Both the position numbers and the translations under genes were made by a program. Below the pieces are notes generated by a model, which was not told the DNA's origin, searched no databases, and worked only from the letters and a program-made list of their open reading frames with translations. Of a stretch of 64,000 nt of DNA, positions 59,131 through 64,000 are shown one piece after another. The stretch's first letter is position 1. Each line of letters opens with the position of its first letter. The DNA is from the human T2T-CHM13v2.0 reference genome, Homo sapiens, in assembly GCF_009914755.1 (NCBI RefSeq), contig NC_060928.1; one strand, given 5' to 3'.

Positions 59131-59963
59131 TAGATGGCATTTTAATATTGATGGAATTAGACTCTTTGTTAATAAGATATCTTAAAGGAACTACCTATCA
59201 AATGAGGAAGCATGAGCCCAAGTGTTAGAGGCTGCAGATAATTGACTGATTGTGATGCTAGCTGTGAATGATAGCCGAAATTTAACTATGACACTATTTT
59301 TATTAGAATTGCTACTGCTTTAGTTAGGGTATCTGTTCATAAAGTTCCATAGGTTTTGAGGCCAACCCTGTTTTTCAAATATAAAGCCTGTTATTTTTAT
59401 TATATGTAGAATGTGTGAGGTTTTTCAGGAATGTATGTGTTGTGCTAGAACCAAAATATCTATATTGTGATGTTACAGGTTGATTGAAATATGTGGTTTA
59501 AAAATACTCAATGTGCTCTCTAGATACATTATAATGGTATAATAGTATATAATATATAGTATAATAGTAATCTATATTCTTAAACATGGGGACAAAGAGA
59601 AGAATGAATATTCACAAATAAGAGAAAAGCAAATGAGTTTTAAAAAAACAGGTGTAGAGCAGTGTAAATTTTTCTGTTATTCCCTAGCAGGAGTAAGGAA
59701 CTTGTAAAAGATAAGTGAAAATGGTATTTTGTAGCAATGTAGCAAAGTTTTCAATTTAATGTTACTAACTCTGGTAATTTATTTTGCATGATTGTGTCCC
59801 ACATACATTTTTCTTTTGCCACAAGTGATACAATTACTATAAGAGTATAAAAACCCACTATCTGGCTTATGTTACATGGCCATATTCCTGCTCTCCACAG
59901 TGAGTTCAGTTACATCTCAGGGAGCTTCTGTTGGGCAATAACTATCTATCCATTGGTGTCTAA

Positions 59964-60227
<264 letters not shown>

Positions 60228-60871
60228 TGAGCACCTATTGGCAGTCCTGTGTGTTGATGGGCCAAGAATGACTGGGCGCTGCAGTTCTGTGCATTCCTTG
60301 TACCTTCCAGGTTGCCCCTCTTCTACCTGAGTTAGCTTTGGTTGTTAGCAGTAATGGGTAAAAGGATGATCTGGGAATCTCTTGGTGGTGATAGACCAGA
60401 TGATTGGTTAGCATCCTTTGTTTCTTCTGTGATTTATCTTCCTTTTCTTTGCCTGATAAATGAAGAGGACTGTGCAGATGGTTTTTTAGTGCAACTTTTA
60501 TTCTATTTTTAAAATTCTTTCCAGTACATAAATATTATGTTCTCCTCATAAAAAATTAAAAGTGAAGATTATGAGTGAAAAATGTGTGATCCTCCTTTAC
60601 ACTTGCCTCCCCTCTTATCTCTCTCTTCTCTCTAGAGATATCCCATTACCGTTTAGGTTTTTTCTCTCTCCTGTGCATTAATGCACACACGTATGTGTAT
60701 GTGTTAAATTAAGTTAAATGGAATCATAATATTTTTAATGTGTAACTGGGCTGTTTTTTCAACTATCATAGAGATCTTTTCAAGTTAGCATATATACCTA
60801 CAGACATAGATTTACCTCATTCTTTTAATGGCTATGTATTATATTCTATAGTATTACAATTTGTGTAACTA

Positions 60872-61369
<498 letters not shown>

Positions 61370-62086
61370 TTAATAAATGGGCAAACAGCCTTCTGGTTAA
61401 ATCCTTACCATATCAACTTTATTACCAGTGTGCTACCTGCAACCCTCCCCAGTCTCTCCAAATCTTGATGTCATCAACAGAATAGTGAACAGGACAGAGT
61501 TCTTAGACAAACATACAGTTATCTCTAATAATGTTGATCCAGTATTTTTATTGTTTTTAGTGCGTTCTTTAATGTGTATGGGAGATGAAATTTTTACTCA
61601 AGTTGGAGGAATGGAAATGAAGGAATATGATATTTTTGTGTATCAGGTGAAATTTTGAAAACTTATTACTCATTGTTGATTATTTTAAAACATTAATACA
61701 GGAGGTGGAATTGAAGAAATTTAATGTTTAATTTGTCATTTGTGAAAGCTTAAGTTTGAAATAATTTTTAGAGTTTCTGCCAGATAATATAGTCAATATT
61801 TCTATTCTTTTTGCTTCTCTGTGAATCAACTGAAGAAACAAAAAAAAAAAAAAAAAAAAAAAGAAAAAGAAAAAACCAGATAGTTAGAATGCTGTTTTAT
61901 ATGACGTATGACTGGAACTTGCCAATAGTTTTCATAACAGTAGCCAGGAAGGAACGAAAGTGGCTTGATCTTTTTTGGAAAGTGCTTTGAATTCCTTTGT
62001 ATATATCATTTTTGCCCCTCATTTTGCACCCCCCTTACTCCCCCAGGTAGAGGGTTTGAAAAGCTGTTGAAATTAGGCTTCTTAAG

Positions 62087-62297
62087 TAGGGTTTCTTAGT
62101 CTATGCACTTAGTGGCTTTTGGGCCTGATAATTTTTTGTTGTAGAGACCTGTTCTATACACATAAGATGTTCCACAAGCATTCCTGGTCTCTACCCAGTA
62201 AATGCCAGTTACACCACCACCCTGTGTTTGACAACCAGAAATATTAATATCTCTAGATACTACCCTTGGGGCCGCAGTTGGAGCAGTTTGAAAATTA
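62087..62297. mobile_element. MER20 DNA transposon
   Basis: TTTTGGGCCTGATAATT...CCTGGTCTCTACCCAGTAAATGCCAGT...TGACAACCA resembles the MER20 consensus. Confidence 0.7.
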
Positions 62298-63272
62298 GGG
62301 AAGACTTCCTCTGTCACTCTTTCTATGCAACATGGATTACAATATTGTTCCCCCTCCCACCCCAGGCTGATAGGAAGGCCTGGATAGGAATGAAAGAAAG
62401 TAATTATGAAAGTCAGCATGATTTTTCAAAACCAGAAACCTCCTTCCTTCTCCCCCCAAAATCAAGCTGCAAAATACAGTTAAGAGCAAGTAAAAATGTT
62501 AATTAAACTGATTCCTTGAGCTATTTACCCTGAAATGGATGGGAAAGATACATTGTATCTGAACCTCAGTCTGGGAATCAGATAGGCTGAGTAGGAGAGT
62601 AGAGAGAGTTAAGGATCCCCAGAGCCATCTTGAGGTTCTCTAGGAGTCTGACAGTGCCCAGCTCCTGGGTCTTAGTGTGAGGGAGAACCTTATAGTGATG
62701 AGAACCACTTTTTTTGTTTTGTGTTTTATTGAAACACTAGTAAAAGTCATAAAAACTAAACAGAGCAGAAAGTGTATATAGTGAGAAGTATCTTTCCTGT
62801 ACTGTACCTCTAGGGTTGTCCTGTAGAGGCAGTCATGGAAAGTTTGAGAACTATTTTTATGGGGATAAAGAAGCCCAGGGGAAGTAAGTCTTTTAGAAGT
62901 TGTCCAGGCTGAAACTCAGGACAATTCGTTACTTTTTGGACGTTCCTTTTACTCCTAGTGCACTTTCTTATCTCTTCTGCTCATATTAATAGAATGGAAC
63001 ACTTGGCCTTAGGGAAGGATGCGAAAAGAAGTGTATTTTCCTCTCTATTTTTCTCTGTTGTTAAAGAAAGCAAAAGGTACCTACTTCCAACCCTTTAGTG
63101 CTGCTATGAGTCTAACGTTTTTGGCATGAAAGGAGGAACTACAGATGCCCTTGGTTTGAATTAGAACTTTACCAATTACTGGCTGTTTGGCCTCTCTGTG
63201 CCTCATCTGTAAGTTGAGGCATGGATGCATAAAAGTGTTTCAAAAACTTCCTAGCACAAAGATAGTAATTAC

Positions 63273-63573
63273 TTTTTTTTTTTTCTTTTTCTATTTTGAG
63301 ACAAGGTCTCTCTCTTTTGCCCAGGCCAGAGTACAGTGGCAGGAACACTGCAGCCTTGACCTCCCGGGTTCTAGTGATCCTCCTAGCACAGCCTCCCAAA
63401 TGTAGCTGGGACTATAGGCATGCACCACTATGCGGGACTAATTTTCATATTTTTTGCAGAGACAGGGCTTTGCCCTGTTGCCCAGGCTGGTCTTGAACTC
63501 CTGAGCTCAGGCGATCTTCCTGCCTTGACCTCTCAAAGTGCTGGGATTACAGGCATGAGCCACTGCATCTGGT
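63273..63573 (-). mobile_element. AluJ
   Basis: Dimer; TSD GATAGTAATT. Confidence 0.88.
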
Positions 63574-63600
63574 TGATAGTAATTGCTTAGTACGTATTAG

Positions 63601-63846
<246 letters not shown>

Positions 63847-64000
63847 TAACAGTACCTACTATTTTGTATTCACTAGAGTAATCTCTTAGCTGTAATAGAT
63901 AGATTCCCAAAATGTGTATTTGCTGAAACACAGTGCAAGTTCGTATCTTACTCACATAATAGTCCAAGGCAGGTGTGTTTGGTCACTGTGGGGGCAGGGC

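Overview
This is human (primate) genomic DNA containing the 5' part of METAP1 (methionine aminopeptidase 1) on the + strand. It includes the CpG-island promoter (~10.1-11.4 kb) and coding exons 1-9 (ATG at 10688, all junctions GT-AG and in phase); the last exons lie beyond the window. Intron 1 is ~33 kb and holds the MIR3684 hairpin plus many nested retroelements. The best-resolved nest is an antisense ABT1 processed pseudogene (16-bp TSD) whose 3' UTR is split by a full-length, decayed 8.6-kb HERV-I/HERVIP10-type provirus (tRNA-Ile PBS, 4-bp TSD). Next to it are a polyadenylated, L1-retroposed MER4-type LTR fragment, an LTR8 interrupted by LTR2 and MER1B, and a MER4A1 solo LTR. A solo LTR12C with a CCAAT array lies ~1.7 kb upstream of the ATG, inserted in an Alu. 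I found no convincing new gene or new biological system; the notable items are retroelement architectures and testable regulatory or splicing hypotheses. Repeat subfamily names come from recalled consensus sequences, and most repeat boundaries are approximate.
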